From the NCBI GenBank assembly GCA_951406725.2, contig OX597819.1, positions 29,698,001 through 29,762,000 of the forward strand: 64,000 bases of DNA, read 5' to 3'. This document shows, piece after piece, positions 35,954 through 56,198 of this stretch. The translations under genes and the position numbers were made by a program. How positions within the stretch are numbered: the first letter of the stretch is position 1; the number at the start of each line of letters is the position of its first letter. Below the pieces are notes generated by a model that was not told the DNA's origin, made no database searches, and saw only the letters and a list, made by a program, of their open reading frames with translations. Source of the DNA: Octopus vulgaris. Its lineage: Eukaryota.

Positions 35954-36599
35954 TACAAAAACAATATGGCAACGCCATCATCACCAATATGTTCTATCAC
36001 TATCACTAACGCTGCTACTAACTCGCCGTTTTTTGATTAACCAACTGGTAACAATAGTCGTAGGATCAATTTTATAGCAATACTTGTAGCTGCATATTTT
36101 GGATGTAAGCACAACAGAGAATTTGTTTGTATGTATGAGTGCGTATGTTAGTTTACATGTGTGGCAGTAAAGTGTAGAGTGTTATAGTTTAAGTCAACCA
36201 ACCTGATAGCCCCACACCTGACCGTAATCACTCATCTCACCCCGTAACGCTGTTATCCTTTTATTTGAGATCTTCTATCTATAGAAGTGAAAACAATTTT
36301 TGTTCTCCAACGCTATCTTCAACTCAAAAGTGAATACAACCAACACCTCCAACACATTACCAACAATATGCCGTCTTTTGTATAACCAGCGGACAACAAC
36401 AATACTAGAATAAGGTTGATTGCAATATCTGTAGCAACGCGTGTTAGATGTCATCGCGACGGCGTGTGTTTGAGTGTGTGCATGTGCAGAGTGAGTGAAA
36501 TTCCCAAGAACCTGATAACCATTCAACCAACTGTAATCAAACAATACTTTCTCCCATTTTACTCTTTTACCCTAACATATTTGTTGTAGGTAATAGTTG

Positions 36600-39500
36600 A
36601 TCGTTACCACTGGAGGTGCGGGTTTGAGATTCTTTCCTACTCTTGGTAGAATTTATATGGATAGTGGATTACTGCCTGTAACCTTAGACATCCATAATTT
36701 TTCAACAGTCTTTCAAGTGCTTTTCTCCCTCCCTGATAATCTTTCCTGTCCCTCAGAGGCAAACTCTTTGCAGAAGCTCTATTTCAATTTCCTAACGCAC
36801 CACTTTTACAATTTTCATATTCCAAATTTTTGCAATTTCAAATTTTAAGACTGTATTTTTTTTCATCTTCTTTCTTTACGATCCTGGAATCAAATGGAGA
36901 TGATGGATCAATTAGTAGGCAACTTCGCTTTTCTAGGTCAATGATTGCTATGCATGGCCAGTCATTTCCTAGTTTCTTGTCCGTTTGAATAGAAAAGTCC
37001 CACAGAATCGCACATTTCTCCGACTCCAGCTCTCTTTCGACCCGATGTTCATAGCGTGTGTCCCTAGCTTCAAATCTCTATTTCTTAGCATTCAGTGTAA
37101 AACTTTTGCTACTTGGTCAGGCCTCCACTTCTTATATTCTTCCTGTGTCAACTTGGGACATTCGTTTCAAGCTCCACAGACACTACATTTTTCTGACACA
37201 TTCTCTGCAAATAAATCTTTCTTCAAGTTGTTTGTTTTTATTACTTGATCCTGAGCTGCTACAATTAGGCTCTCTGTTTCTTTTTTAATTAACCTTTTTT
37301 TAAGCAAACCCAGGATTTTGTTCCACATACTTTTTCAGTTGCTCTCCAAAATTGACCATGCAGAGGTTTCTCTTCAATCTTTCTAACGTGCTCTCTTTGA
37401 ATTTCATTCTTGTCCTTTTCTCCTGTTCTACATTTGATCACCTATTCATTACTCACTGTCTTTAGTAGTTTCTCGGTGCTGTTCTGTAAATATTCTAGCA
37501 GGCTTTTTCTTTTCATCTGTACACACCCTTCCGCGACAATTAGGTCCCTTCCACGACAATTAAGTCCTTTCCACGGCAATTAGGTCCCTCCACGGAAATT
37601 AGGTCCCTTCCATCCAGGTCTCTCTTCAGGTACAGCTGGTTGATATTAGCTTCGGATGGTGGGTTCCATACATCGTCAACAGCTTTCTAGTTTTCCTTTA
37701 AAGTTTCTGTATGTCATTTTGGTCCAGTCTCTTGCAGTTATTGTTTCAATAATATTTTTTAAAATTCAGCTCTGACTGCAAAAATTCTCTTACTCTCCTT
37801 CTCTACTCCCTACCGGTAATTTGTTTCATTTCTTCACGTTTTATTTCATCTGCTTCCAGTATTCCCAAATATTTATACTACTGTCCTTCCTTAACAGCTT
37901 CATTGTTTGCCCATTTGGCATTTCAATTCCCTGCTTTCCTTCAAATCTTCCTTGTTTCATTTTCAACATAGCGCACTTTTCGATCTCAAATCCTACACCT
38001 TCATCATTTGAGATAATACGAACAGTTTGTATAAATTTTCAAGCTGTTTCTCATTTTGCGCATAAAACTTTATACCATCCATAAAAAGATGGGTTATCTA
38101 ATCATATTCTTTTCCCAAATCGTAAGCTATTTTAACTTTCCATAACATCGAACGGAGCGGTATCATAGTAGTGGAGATATGTTATCACCTTGAAATATTA
38201 CACGACTGATGTCTCCTTTTCGAAGTCTTTGTTTTCTTCCAATCAATTCAACATTCCAGTGTTTCATACTTTCATTAACAATTTTCTCCATATTTTCTGC
38301 CACGCCAAACATGCTCATTGTTTTATTCATCCAGCTGTACCGCACCATACCATATGCGTTTTTGTAATCTAACCATGCTACATTCAGCCCCGCTAATCTG
38401 CGTCTACAGTTTCTAATTATCATTTTATCAACTAATAAGTGATTTTTATTGCCCTACTTTGTTTCCTGAATCCCTACTGCTTTTCTGGAAGCAGAATGTT
38501 ACTTTCTAGACAATTATATAGCTTTTCTGCCAAGACATCGGTCATAAGCTTCCACATAAGTGGTAAACAGGTTATAGGTCGAAAATGTTATGCCAAGTTA
38601 CCTTTCTATAGATTCTTGAAACTTAACTGCGTCATCCAGGTAGGAACGTGACTATGCTGCAGGCATTTATCCAGTTGCGCAGAGATCCTTTCAAGCAACT
38701 GCGTAAAGTTCTTCAGCCAGCAGCCTTGTACTCATCTGGGCCTGGTCCTTTCGAATTTGCTATTTTTTAAAACTTCATTCTCACTGTACATAGAACGATT
38801 CTGAGACGTTCCTTTGTCTTGGTATAGTTGTAAGTTGTCTTTCCACCTGTGTTAACCACTCTGCATTTTCCTTATGTCTCACTGGCCTGTTCCACAGTTC
38901 TCCCCAGAGATGTTGGTCCCCTTTATTTCCTCAAAAAGCCACCTTCTATTTGATTGGAACAGCCTATTCTGTATGAAGCTAGTACATCTAGCATCATATC
39001 TTTTTAGTTTGATCTCAAACGCTGTCATCCTTTGTGACGATTCTTCATGGACTGTTTGTTCATTCATTTTTTGATTACTACCTCATTCTTAAACTCTCCT
39101 CTCATTATCCTACTCAATTGCCCCAGTTTTTTCCGTGTCTTTTCCAACTTCAATCGTATTCTCTTCTTCCAGTTTGGTTCTTTCTTGCATTTTAGTTTTC
39201 CGCTTGTATCGTACTGTGTCAGCTACAGCATTAGCAGCAAATATGATTAGCTGGTTTGTTTTACTAGAATTTTCTGTTCTAATCAAGCTCAAAACGTCAT
39301 TTATTTTGGCTGTGGCCCGCCTTACTTTCCCTCTGTCCATATATCTGACATTTGGTGGTACTTCATTGTTCCCGTCACACATTTTACCTCACAGCATTTC
39401 TAGAATCTCCTCTTCATCATTTATATATTGTGCAACAGTTACTATTGTCCTTAAAGATCATCCTCACTATTTACTTCATCAGAAATCTCGTGCACATAGT

Positions 39501-40300
39501 GATTACCTTCAAATTCATCTTCTTTATTTCTTACCACTTCATTACCATTTTCTGCTACCGCTGTTTCTCTTTCTCCCTTCTCATTTTTCATTTTTCTCAG
39601 GATTTCTTCAACCTCTAGCCCTGTAATCCATATGTTCATACGAATTGCCCTAACCTGGTCTATCAGTCGCTGGGCAGATGCTTCAAAAACTCCTTTTCTT
39701 TCCTATACTTTCTTGATTCGTTTTACGAAACCTCTTTTATTTGATTTACTTCTCAACCAGCATTCAATTAGTTTTGTTCACCTCTTTTTCTCATTTTATT
39801 TTTTTCCTTTTGCACTTTTGACTTCGATTCTGGTCCTGATCAATCGCTTGCTGACGCCCTGCCGGAGCTTGTTCAGACATGCCTTGCCTCCTGTGCGCGA
39901 CACCTTCACTGTTAACAGTTGCGGTTCCGTTAGCACAGTTGTGATTATTATTTGATTTTGACATCACTCATTTAGAGGTAGCATTTGTAAGGTGGTGCAA
40001 TCATCAATATTTTTATCGTGACACTATCACTAGGTGGGTTAACCAATGCTTAGAGAGTCTACACCTACCCTCGTATACACTGTTTTCAGTTGCAACCCCA
40101 TTCATGCCGTTGTTTAATACCTTGCATTTGACATTTTTACTCATGAGGATTCTGGTGTTAAGGTGATACAACCACTGGTGTTTTTTTTTTTAAGACACCA
40201 TCTCCAGAGGAGTTGCCGACCAAGGCTGAAGGGGCACCTTCATCTCATGAGACAGGCTTAACCACATCGGATGCCAACCAGATATTTCAATATCTCGGGG
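36600..40300 (-). mobile_element. Near-complete but heavily decayed R4/Dong-type element (second family)
   Basis: LNVAWLDYKNAY..IFQGDNISPLL, GPDEY, FIQNRLFQSN, YKYLGI; 20-bp x ~4.5 minisatellite at 37526-37612. Confidence 0.85.
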
Positions 40301-40302
40301 TG

Positions 40303-40304
40303 TA

Positions 40305-40375
<71 letters not shown>

Positions 40376-40394
40376 ATTATTATCATCATCATCA

Positions 40395-40465
<71 letters not shown>

Positions 40466-40467
40466 TT
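40303..40467. repeat. (ATT)n/(GTT)n/(ATC)n microsatellite between two Dong elements
   Basis: Directly visible. Confidence 0.95.
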
Positions 40468-40484
40468 TTTTTTTTTTTTTTTCT

Positions 40485-43400
40485 TCTTTCAAATTTGCTT
40501 CCATTTCTTGCCGAGTGTCTTCCCGACCCCTAGGGCAAAGAAACTCATAGTATACATTGGTAGGCCATTAAACCAAACTCAATAGTTCGTTCATTTTTTT
40601 TTTTTTTTAAGTTAAATTAAAATACATGAGCAGCAACAGTTCTCACATCGACAATGCTCTTCTCAATACGTGTGATGTACCAGTTAAGACAATCTTTTGC
40701 ACTTCTTGCAGGGATGGTAAGCCAGGGATCATTCTCATATAATTTTCGGTTCCCTTCTTGATCATTCCTAGTGCTCCTACGATCACTGGTATTGTAACCG
40801 CCTTGAGATGCCACATTTTCTCAATTTCAATGAGTAGGTCTTTATATTTTCTGAGCTTGTCAAACTCTTTCGCTGAGATATTATGATCACAGGGGATGCT
40901 CATGTCGATCAATAAGCAAACTTTATTGTTTTGGTCTTTCACAACAATATCTGGTTTATTGGCCTTGATGGTTCGGTCTGTATGTACTGGAAAGTCCCAC
41001 AGAATGGTTACATTTTCTCCTTCAGTTACAGCCTCAGGGTGGTGATTATACCACTTGTCGGCAGTTTTGATATTGTAATGCCGACTTATTAGCCAGTGGA
41101 GATATTGGCCAACTCTGTCATGTCTTAATTTATACTCCACTGGTGCTAAGACTTTACATCCAGAGATTAGGTGGTCCACTGTTTCAATCATGTCGTTGCA
41201 GAATCGGCATTTTGGGTCTGCTCCATTTTTCATCACATTGGCCTGGTAGTTCCGGGTTAATAGGCTTTGATCTTGAGCAGCCAGGATGAAACCTTCGCTC
41301 TCTGCTTTTAGCCCTGAGCTCCGTAGCCACTGATGGGTTTGCTTCTGGTCAACATCAGCTTGTTTGCTGCGGGTCACATATTTGCCGTGCAGAGGTTTCT
41401 CCTCCCACCTATCAGCCAATTGCTCGTGCGCTTTTTTCATTGCCATCATTTTCACCTTCTTTGCAACAATAGTTGCCGTACTTCCCTCGGGTTGTTCAGT
41501 TTGGGTATCCTGCACGAGATCAATAGCAAATTTTTTGCTTTCCTTTATGATAGAATGAAGCTTCTTTCGTCTCTCGTGATTTTCCACGAGCTTTAGCATC
41601 CAGTCATTCGATATTTCGAGATATTTGGCCAGTCCAATTGTGGTTGTTTTGTAAGCTAGTTCAAATTGGATCATGCCTCGACCTCCTTGGGCTCTGGGAA
41701 GGTAAAGGCGATCTACGTCTGCCTTTGGGTGGTGCATCCTATTACAACTCAGCAGCTTGCGTATTTTCCTATCTATATTCTTTACTTCACTCATATTCCA
41801 GTTCAACACATTGTAGCTATAAGTAACAACTGGAACTGCTAAGGAATTTATAGCTAACACCTTGTTACGTGCATTTAGTTCAGATTTCAGGACTGCACGA
41901 ACTCTCCTATAACATTCCTTCCTGATCTTCTCTTTCATGCTTGCATGCTGAATACCAGAGCCTTCATTTATCCCTAAATATTTGTATGTTTGTTCTTGCT
42001 CAAGCTCTCTTATGACTGTGTCAACATCTAACACGACTGAATTTGTGGTCTTCACTTTCCCTTTCTGGAAAGTGGCCTTGGCACACTTCTCAAGTCCAAA
42101 CTCCATCCCGATGTCATCGCTGAATGCTTTCACGGTACGCAATAGGCCTTCAAGTTCATTATTGTCTTTACCATAAAGTTTTAAGTCATCCATTTAAAAT
42201 AGATGTAACCTTCGTGAGTGGCTTATTTTTTTATTGGCAATTTTATACCCATACCCTGTTCTGTTTAATTCACTTGTAAGGGGTATTAGGGCTATGCAGA
42301 ATATTAAAGGTAAAAGTGAGTCACCTTGAAAAATTCCACAGTTGATGTTTATATTTTCTGAGGCAAGTACTCCATTAGAGTGGTATAATTGGAGATTCGT
42401 ATTCCACAACGACATATTGTGCATCAGGAAGTTTGAAATCACAGGGGAAATTTTGAAGATGTCCAGCGATCTCAAGATCCATGGATGCGGTATACTGTCG
42501 AAGGCCTTTTTATAGTCAATCCATGCGGTGCTGAGATTTCTGCGCTTGTTGTGACAGTTCTCAAGGATCATACGATTGATTAGCAGTTGATCTTTGCATC
42601 CGTAAGAGCCTCGGCGGCACCCTTTTTGTTCAATGGGGAAAATATCGTTCTTCTCCATGAATGCATATGTTTTCTCCGCCAGGATAGATGTTAGGATTTT
42701 ATACGTGGTGGATAGACAGGTTATAGGCCGATAGTTTTTTGGAAGGTTGGTTTCGTTATTCTTTGGGAGTAGGTAAGTAATGCCACTTGCTAACCATTCA
42801 GGTGTTTTCTTTGGGCCTCTCATAATTCCATTAAGCAGCTGAACTAGCTTACCGTGTGCGCATGGGAGCGATGCGAGCCAGAAATTCGGCACCCTATCTT
42901 TACCGGGGGATTTCCAATTATGGGCCTTCGTGAGTGCCTTTCTTAGGTCTGCTATTGTGATGCCTTCCCATGCTTGTTGTTGTAAATTTTGGTAGGATCC
43001 TTCAGTTTGTATAATCCAGTCTGCATTTATGTTTTACGTCTTGTTTTGAACTTTTTCCATGGGAGGGGGGTCTTTAACGGTTACTTTCTCCTTCCCTATT
43101 TCTCTGTAGAATTTTTTGGCATTGGATGTGAACAGCTTATTTTGCTTGTAAAACTTGTTTCTCTTCTCAAATCTTCGTATTCTTTGGGATTTTGCTTGGA
43201 CTTTTTGTTTCAGCGTTTCTTTTATTGATATCAGTTCTTCTCTTGGTGAGGATCCAAATTTTCTCTTCATCTTTCTTCCTGTTCTGGATCTTACATCATT
43301 TCCACATATTAGTTCATTTAATATTGATATTTCCCCTCTCATAAATTCAATCTCTTTTTCAATTTTACTTCTCCAGGTTTGATTTCTTGCCAGGTTTTGT

Positions 43401-44430
43401 TTTCTTTGTTTTTTCGGGGGCATACAGCTGGTTTCAATTGCCCTAGCAGAAGCGTAAATAATTTCATTTAACTCAGTAAAATCAGGTTTTAATTCTCGTA
43501 TTATTTCATTTGTTACATAGTTGCCAATTTGGATGTTTTTTTATTTTGGTTTGTATTTGAGAGTTTATGAAGTGGTTCTCTATCATTCATACTTGTATGT
43601 CTTACAACTTCAAGCGTATTCAGGATTTTCTGCCTCATTTCTGCCATAGACTCTCTGTGTTCTTCAGCAAATGCGAGATCTTCAGTTACTGTTGTTTTTT
43701 CGTTTTCCTGGCTATCTTTAACAGGTACAATAGAATTTCTTGTATCTTCAGGCCTTTGCGTACTTTGGTCAGATGGCAGTCTTTCAATTATGCCTCGTGG
43801 TGGGCTATACTGTTCATCCGATTCTTCATTTCCTTTGTGTCTTATATTTATGTCATTTTCCGTTGCGTGCTTGATCGCGCTTATTTCACTGTCTGTGAGT
43901 CTGTTATTTCTAAGGATATCCCTCCTCACATTTGCTAATTTGTTCTCGTCCAAATAGGGCCTACTGCCTTGATTCCGTATTCTCCATATACTGTAAGAGT
44001 TTGCAGTGTGTCTCTCTTGAGATGGCCTACCTAATGCATAGTAATAAGCGTATATTACTTCTTTATACTCTTCTCGGGTCCATTTGTTCCGCTTACATTT
44101 TTCTTTCTGTGGTGGTTGTGGTGGTGAACTTGGAGGGCTCGAGTTGGGGGATTTCCCGTTCAAGTGACCATCCATGTCCGTATTCGGAGAAGAGTTTGTG
44201 CCAGTTGATGACTTTTCGATCCCAGGCTGGCTCTTCCCTGGGGGACGCGCTTCCAGATTAACCATAGGACAAGCGATTTGGTATACTGATTTAGTTTTCC
44301 TTTTAGTTTCCAAAAACATTTTGGTGCTACGATAATGTTATCATTTTTTAGCTTTGATTGGCTCGTGGGGAGACGGCCATCATTGCCGTTACAATTATAA
44401 TCGTACCACTATAGCAGCCGTAGTCGGCTT
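40485..44430 (-). mobile_element. Nearly full-length R4/Dong-clade element (RT plus CCHC plus REL endonuclease)
   Basis: ORFs 43513-44319, 43034-43423, 42194-42892 and 40643-42193 with NYRPITCL, WIDYKKAFDS, GIFQGDSL, MDDLKLY, CRFC..HLISGC, RHD and KPDIVV..D..K; a stop and a small insertion just before MDD. Confidence 0.95.
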
Positions 44431-44893
44431 ATTATTGTTATTATCATCACCATTATTATCACTATCATCATTATCACCACCATTACCATCCTCATTATCA
44501 TCATCACCATCACCATCACCACCATCATCATCAATGATATTGTTTTATGTGTAGTCACAGCAGTATCTTATTATTGTTATTTTTGTTTTTTTATCATTAT
44601 CACCCTCACAGTAGTGTCCGTCTGTCTCGTTGGCTGGCTTGGTGGTTGGCTGGCTGACTGCCTTCAACACCAGAGTTCTTGCCTGTCAAATAATACTTTC
44701 ATATTTGGTTAACAATAGAGCCGAGGTGAGGTTTGTGTTGGTTAAACTCTTTGAGTGTGTGTGTGTGTGTAGATAGATAGGTAGATTATCAGCACTATTA
44801 CTATCATTATTATCATCATCACCATCAGGTGGGGTCCTATCGGTCAAAAAAAGTTCAGATGTTTACTACTATTAGGCTTAAGAAAAATTAAGG

Positions 44894-45552
44894 AAGGGCT
44901 GTTCTGTATTGTTTGTGAATAGAGAAGTTGTGTTCGACCAGAGAGAATCTTAGCATCATCATTTTTTTCCATGTGCGTTTGTGTTATTGCAATAAAAAGT
45001 GTTTGTATATTTCGTGTAAGGTAATATTGTGCAGGCTGAAGTTGACTTTTCTAGAGATGTTTGTATGTCCAGTTAGAAGAACAGGTGTGTTTTTACAATA
45101 AAATGTATATGTTTACATTTATATTTGAATATTCAGGGAGGAAGCAAAGAAAAGTCAGATTTTCATAGAAAGTTTTAGGGTTTTGTAAGTCCACAAAAAG
45201 AAAAGCGTGATGTTTTTAGAGGAAAAAAAAAAAGGGATGTTTACAGAGGCAATTGTGGGTATCAAAGTTTTTAAAGCTGGTCGAATGTATGATTGAAAAC
45301 TGTAGATATGTAAATTTGTAAATTTTCTTAACTTATTTTGAAGGGCTGTTCTGTATTATTTGTGAATAGAGAAGCTGTGTTCGACCAGAGATAATCTTTG
45401 CATCATTATTTTTTCCATGTGCGTTTGTGTTATTGCAATAAAAAGTGTTTGTATATTTCGTGCAAGGTAATATTGTGGAGGTTGAAGTTGACCCCTCTAG
45501 AGATGTTTGTATGTCCAGTTAGAAGAGCAGGTGTGTTTTTGCAATAATATGT
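44894..45552. repeat. About 210-bp direct duplication (44894-45105 and 45341-45552), possibly within an L1-type 3' remnant on the minus strand
   Basis: aagggctgttctgtatt..caggtgtgttttt.caat present twice, offset about 447. Confidence 0.8.
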
Positions 45553-45555
45553 TTA

Positions 45556-45621
<66 letters not shown>

Positions 45622-45655
45622 TTCGCTTTTGTATAACCTACCACATGCCGCCCCC

Positions 45656-46281
45656 TTTTGTTGTGGCTCCGTAGAACTGATTGTGCAGTTCCTTGATGCG
45701 AGATTCTTCTTCATGTCCTTTTTGTACTACTTCCTTTGTCCTTTTTCCTTTTTTCTTTGCTTTCTATACTCCCTCATTTCTAACTGAGACTAGCAAGGTT
45801 TCCTTACTTTGGGATAGATATCTCATTAAACTTTCGTGTTCGATGCGTACACAGTCTTCAAAACTTATCTGTCACCTTCCTCCACTTGCTCTCTTCATGC
45901 ATGGGCAATCAGTGTCTGCACGTGGATGATTGCCTCCATGCATCGTTAGGAGCTTTCTTTTCTTCCTGTCTACCTCTTTTAATTCTTCCTCTGTCAACTT
46001 CAGGATTCCAGCGCCATACAGATACTGCGACTGCGCGAGAGTTTATTGACAAAATTATACTTCTGACATTTAGTTTTGAAGTCAATATTTTTCTCACTCG
46101 TTGCAGGCACTCTTCCTTTGTATTTTCTTTTATATCGTCGTGTTTAATTCCATCTGCCTCAAATATTCCCAGAAATCTATAACTGGGCCGAGGCTGAATT
46201 AACTTCATCATTTCACCACTTGGCATCCATATGCATTCTGTCGTGACAAGCTTTCTTCGTCTCATCACCATCGTAGCACAT
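45656..46281 (-). mobile_element. Dong fragment, near-identical copy of 9783-10406
   Basis: Same sequence and same disabling changes; offset about 35.9 kb. Confidence 0.9.
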
Positions 46282-46576
46282 CTTAATATTATTATTATTT
46301 CTCTTTATCACAGGTTTTGTTAGAGCTCCTTGAGTCTTGCATGCGCAGCGGGCTTGCTACTTGCAGCCTATGGTACCGTGCTATCCAATCTTTTCATCTA
46401 TCTAATACTTACCTGATTATTCTGGCCGTGCCAAGGAGGCAAACCTTTTGTAACAGTTCTACTGGGCACTCTATTCTTGATGCCTTCTGATACTGCCCCC
46501 ATCGACCCAACAATAATTCGCACTATCTTCACCTTCTTCGTTTTCCCTGATCAGGCTATTTTGTAATTAAGAGGGT

Positions 46577-46679
<103 letters not shown>

Positions 46680-46696
46680 GTCTGTCTGTCTGTCTA

Positions 46697-46751
<55 letters not shown>

Positions 46752-46795
46752 CTCTATCTACCTACTTACCTACCTACCTACCTACCTACCTACCT

Positions 46796-47958
<1,163 letters not shown>

Positions 47959-47999
47959 CCTACCTACCTACCTATCTATCTATCTATCTACCTACCTAC

Positions 48000-52518
<4,519 letters not shown>

Positions 52519-52899
52519 TAATACAAAGTTCAACTAACAGTAACAATAATATTAGCAGAAACGCTAACAGCAGAAGAAATGACAACACCTGACGCAACGG
52601 TGACCGCAGCCGCAGCAATAGTAGTAATGATAGCAAAAACAACCACGAAAAAGGCAACAATGGTAGCGATAGCAACAACAATAACAACGAAAGCAAAATT
52701 GACAACAGCAACAACAGCAAAACCAATACCAACAAAATCGATAAGAAAAATGACAACAACATCAACGGCAGCAGAAGCAGGAACAGTAACAAGAACAAAA
52801 ACAACAACGAGAACAATACCAATAACAATAACCAAAATACGTTTTCAACAGCTGCCTTACCGTAGACCTCACAAACAGGAAGCAGATGCTACCACAAGC

Positions 52900-54897
52900 A
52901 TGGAAACTAATAAAACAAGAGAAAACTTGAGCCAATCTGACAATCCTATCAGAGGCAAATAAAACAGTGGAGCGAAGAACGCTGCTTTTCAGATGTATCT
53001 CAGCAGACACGAAAAGAACAGCTTTGATAGTCCAAGTAGATATTGAGACGGCGTTGAGGTGCATCAGAAATAACATCGAATACATAGCGAGGGGTAAACA
53101 ATACGGAATCATTTCGGGGCTGTTTAAGTCAATAGTCCTTGCTATGAAATATTCAATGACCCCCTGCAAAACCAGCAAAGTCATCATGTACCCCTACCAC
53201 ATGGGGAAACGTACAGCCCGTGTCCGCATTCCTAGAATCCCACCAGGACTAGGTATTTGGTGGCTTCTGGGATGCATAATCATGGAGGGGACGGACACTG
53301 TCCTTATAGAGGCGGCAACAACTGCCAGGGAGGACTGGTCCGGGGTTGGCCTGCAAATACTTCTCCAGATCATACTCGAAAACATAAAAAAATCCCGGAA
53401 CACTCCAGAACGGGACAGTAATAGATATCATGACTGAGGGCACAATGACTCATTGTTTTGCGTGTATAGAAACGACTCATTTGCGAGCTCGCTGCCCACC
53501 AACGGACTCTACTACTGTCTACACTGGGACAAGAACCACAAACATCACCAGAACCGGCAAAACCACCAGCAACAAGAAATAAATCACCCTCGGGAGAAAC
53601 AACGAAAATTATCCTACCCGCCTCAAACGAAGCAAAAATACACACATAAATAAGACACCTTCTCTCTTTAGCTTGCCAACATGACCATACAAAGAGTAAG
53701 ATTTTTAAATGTTGGAGACCTGGGATTGCCCTGGAAGCAGGAGCACCTGCTCAACGATCTCAGTTCTCTAGAAGTGGATATAATTGCTGTCAGTGAGACC
53801 AGGATTTCCAATACACATGCACTTTCCCTCATGTTCAATGACTATCAGATCTTTGCATCTGTTAGTCGGCCGGGAATGGAAGGTGGAGTTGCAGTGCTGT
53901 TTAAGAAAGAATGGGAACTCGAGATAAAGTCGATTTTCTGGGATGCAGACGGGAAGTTGGTGGACTTGGACGTGAGCAATAGTGAAGGTAGTGTCTTTAG
54001 ACTGAGGGTCGTCTACGCTCCTACAGGAGCCAAACGGCCGGATTTCTTTAGGCTTCCGGAAGCCTTTCTAGATAATTATCGCCCTTAACTGTTAGCAGGA
54101 GACTGGAACGAAATCTTAGATCAACGTTGGGATTGTGTAGGAGTAGCTGATAGAAGAGTGGGGTGCAAAAGTCTCAAGCATCTGATCAGCCAGTGCCAAC
54201 AGTCTGACAGGTACCGACGAGATTTCCCTAATGTGCCAGTGTGGACCTGTACCAGCCGCTTTGGGTCATCTAGGTCATATATAGAAAGGATTTTCACTAG
54301 GTGTAATAGTGTAGGATGTTCACTTTTTAAAACGGTCACCTATTCAGACCATAAGTTTTTAATCTATACGGTCGACCTAGGTAAGACGCGTAGGTTAGGA
54401 CCAGGGTACTGGAAGCTGAACATGTCTTTCCCGGCTTACAAGGACCGAGTCAGCAATTTAGCGAAGCTGTAGTTGACGGGGAGGAGTCATCAACAACAGG
54501 TGGTGGGCGGCTCTGAAAAAAGAGATTAGAGTAATGTCGATAGGGTTTAGCAAAGAAACAGTGTCAGAAAAATAGAAAAGAGGAGGGGTTAGTAGCTAAA
54601 CTAGACGAGACTATTTGTAGTGGCATTGAAACCGACGTGCTAGCAGCGAGAATGGCATTACATCATTTCTTCAATGCGAAACATGAAGGTTGCATTGTCA
54701 GAGCTAAGGAAGTACTCTAAGAAACGAGGGGATCAAAGCTGTTCGATGGGCCCGCGTGGCGGAGGTGCAGCGTGGTAACAAAACCACAATTCGGTCTTTG
54801 ATGGATCGAGACGGACACAAGCTGAGCGATTTCAAGCAGATATGTGAGGCTTTTCGCGGGGTGGAGATTGTGGCAGACTTCAGTCATTACTCCGACG
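52900..54897 (+). mobile_element. L1/Tx1 5' portion (ORF1 with CCHC knuckle, APE domain), paralogous to 14500-16660
   Basis: CFACIETTHLRARC zinc knuckle at about 53453; ORF 53681-54088 is an APE domain; SDH motif; colinear with the first copy. Confidence 0.9.
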
Positions 54898-55899
54898 GTA
54901 CATTTATGTGTGTAGGTACACACATATATATATAGCTGCATGTGTGTATATGTGTATATATAGTTGCATATATCTGTGTGTATGTATGAAGATATATATA
55001 TGTATGTGTATGTGTGCGTGCGTTATCTTTTAGCTCATCGAAATATACAAGAACGGTGTAACATTCAAAAGAATTTGAGCTGTGTACGTAAAAATATACA
55101 AAATGCTTGTTCATTCGAAAGGTAAACATCACACAAAAGGTTATACAACCTACGCAGTTTGTATTAAAGATAAAGGAAAAAAACAAAAGGACGTTTTGAC
55201 TGAAACGTAATTGGAGCCGTAATCGATTATGAGGCGTAAATTTCCACTAAAATATAAATACAGGTTTCAATCTCATGTATAATCAGGTTAAGAAATTGTA
55301 AAGGATGATAAATGTTTTCATGATATGCACTCATGGACGAATTTTAAATTTTATTCAAGTACCCTTTCTCAGTGTTTTAGAAAAAAGACTGGTTTTTCAT
55401 GGGTTCGCTTACGTAAACGTACTCTTAGAAACTACTATTAAACATATAATCATTGTATGCTGTTGGTTTGGGGCTTTGATATATTGATCTGTACCTAGTT
55501 TGGGTCTATATTAAGTACATGAGGTTTACATTTGGATAAGTATGTGTATACATATTTACATATATGTTCGTGTATGTGTATGTATATGTATATATGTATG
55601 TGTATATATATGTATATGTATACATGTTGGTGTATGTGTTTGTCTATACATGCATTTGTATACTTACGGGGATATATGTAATTGTATACGTATATCTATC
55701 TTCCTTGTTGGTCTTCCCATGTATTTGATTGGTAGTCTTAAATATTAAGTTCTCTATGTATATATGTATATTTGTACTTATTTGTACTTATTTATACTTA
55801 CTTATTTTTGTAATTTTTTATTTTTTATTTTTCATTTACTGGTACTTATTAATTTATAATTTATATTTCATAATTTATTTTAACATATATATGTATATG

Positions 55900-55954
<55 letters not shown>

Positions 55955-55963
55955 CCACCAGTG

Positions 55964-56004
<41 letters not shown>

Positions 56005-56165
56005 ATGTTTATTTATGTTTGTGTATGCATGAATGTATATATATGCAAAGCTGTGGGCATGCATGTATATCTGTACTTCCGAATGTGCATGTAGGTATGT
56101 CTACATATGTTTTTGTGTATGTTTATATATATATATATGTTCACTCGTGGGTATGTGTGTATATG

Positions 56166-56198
<33 letters not shown>

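Noticed and set aside
37526-37612. CRISPR-like short repeats
   Set aside because: Contiguous 20-bp tandem units without spacers inside a Dong ORF, in a eukaryotic context.
44340-44435. HDV-like ribozyme at the Dong 5' end
   Set aside because: Small hairpins are present, but I could not build the P1/P1.1/P2 nested pseudoknot.
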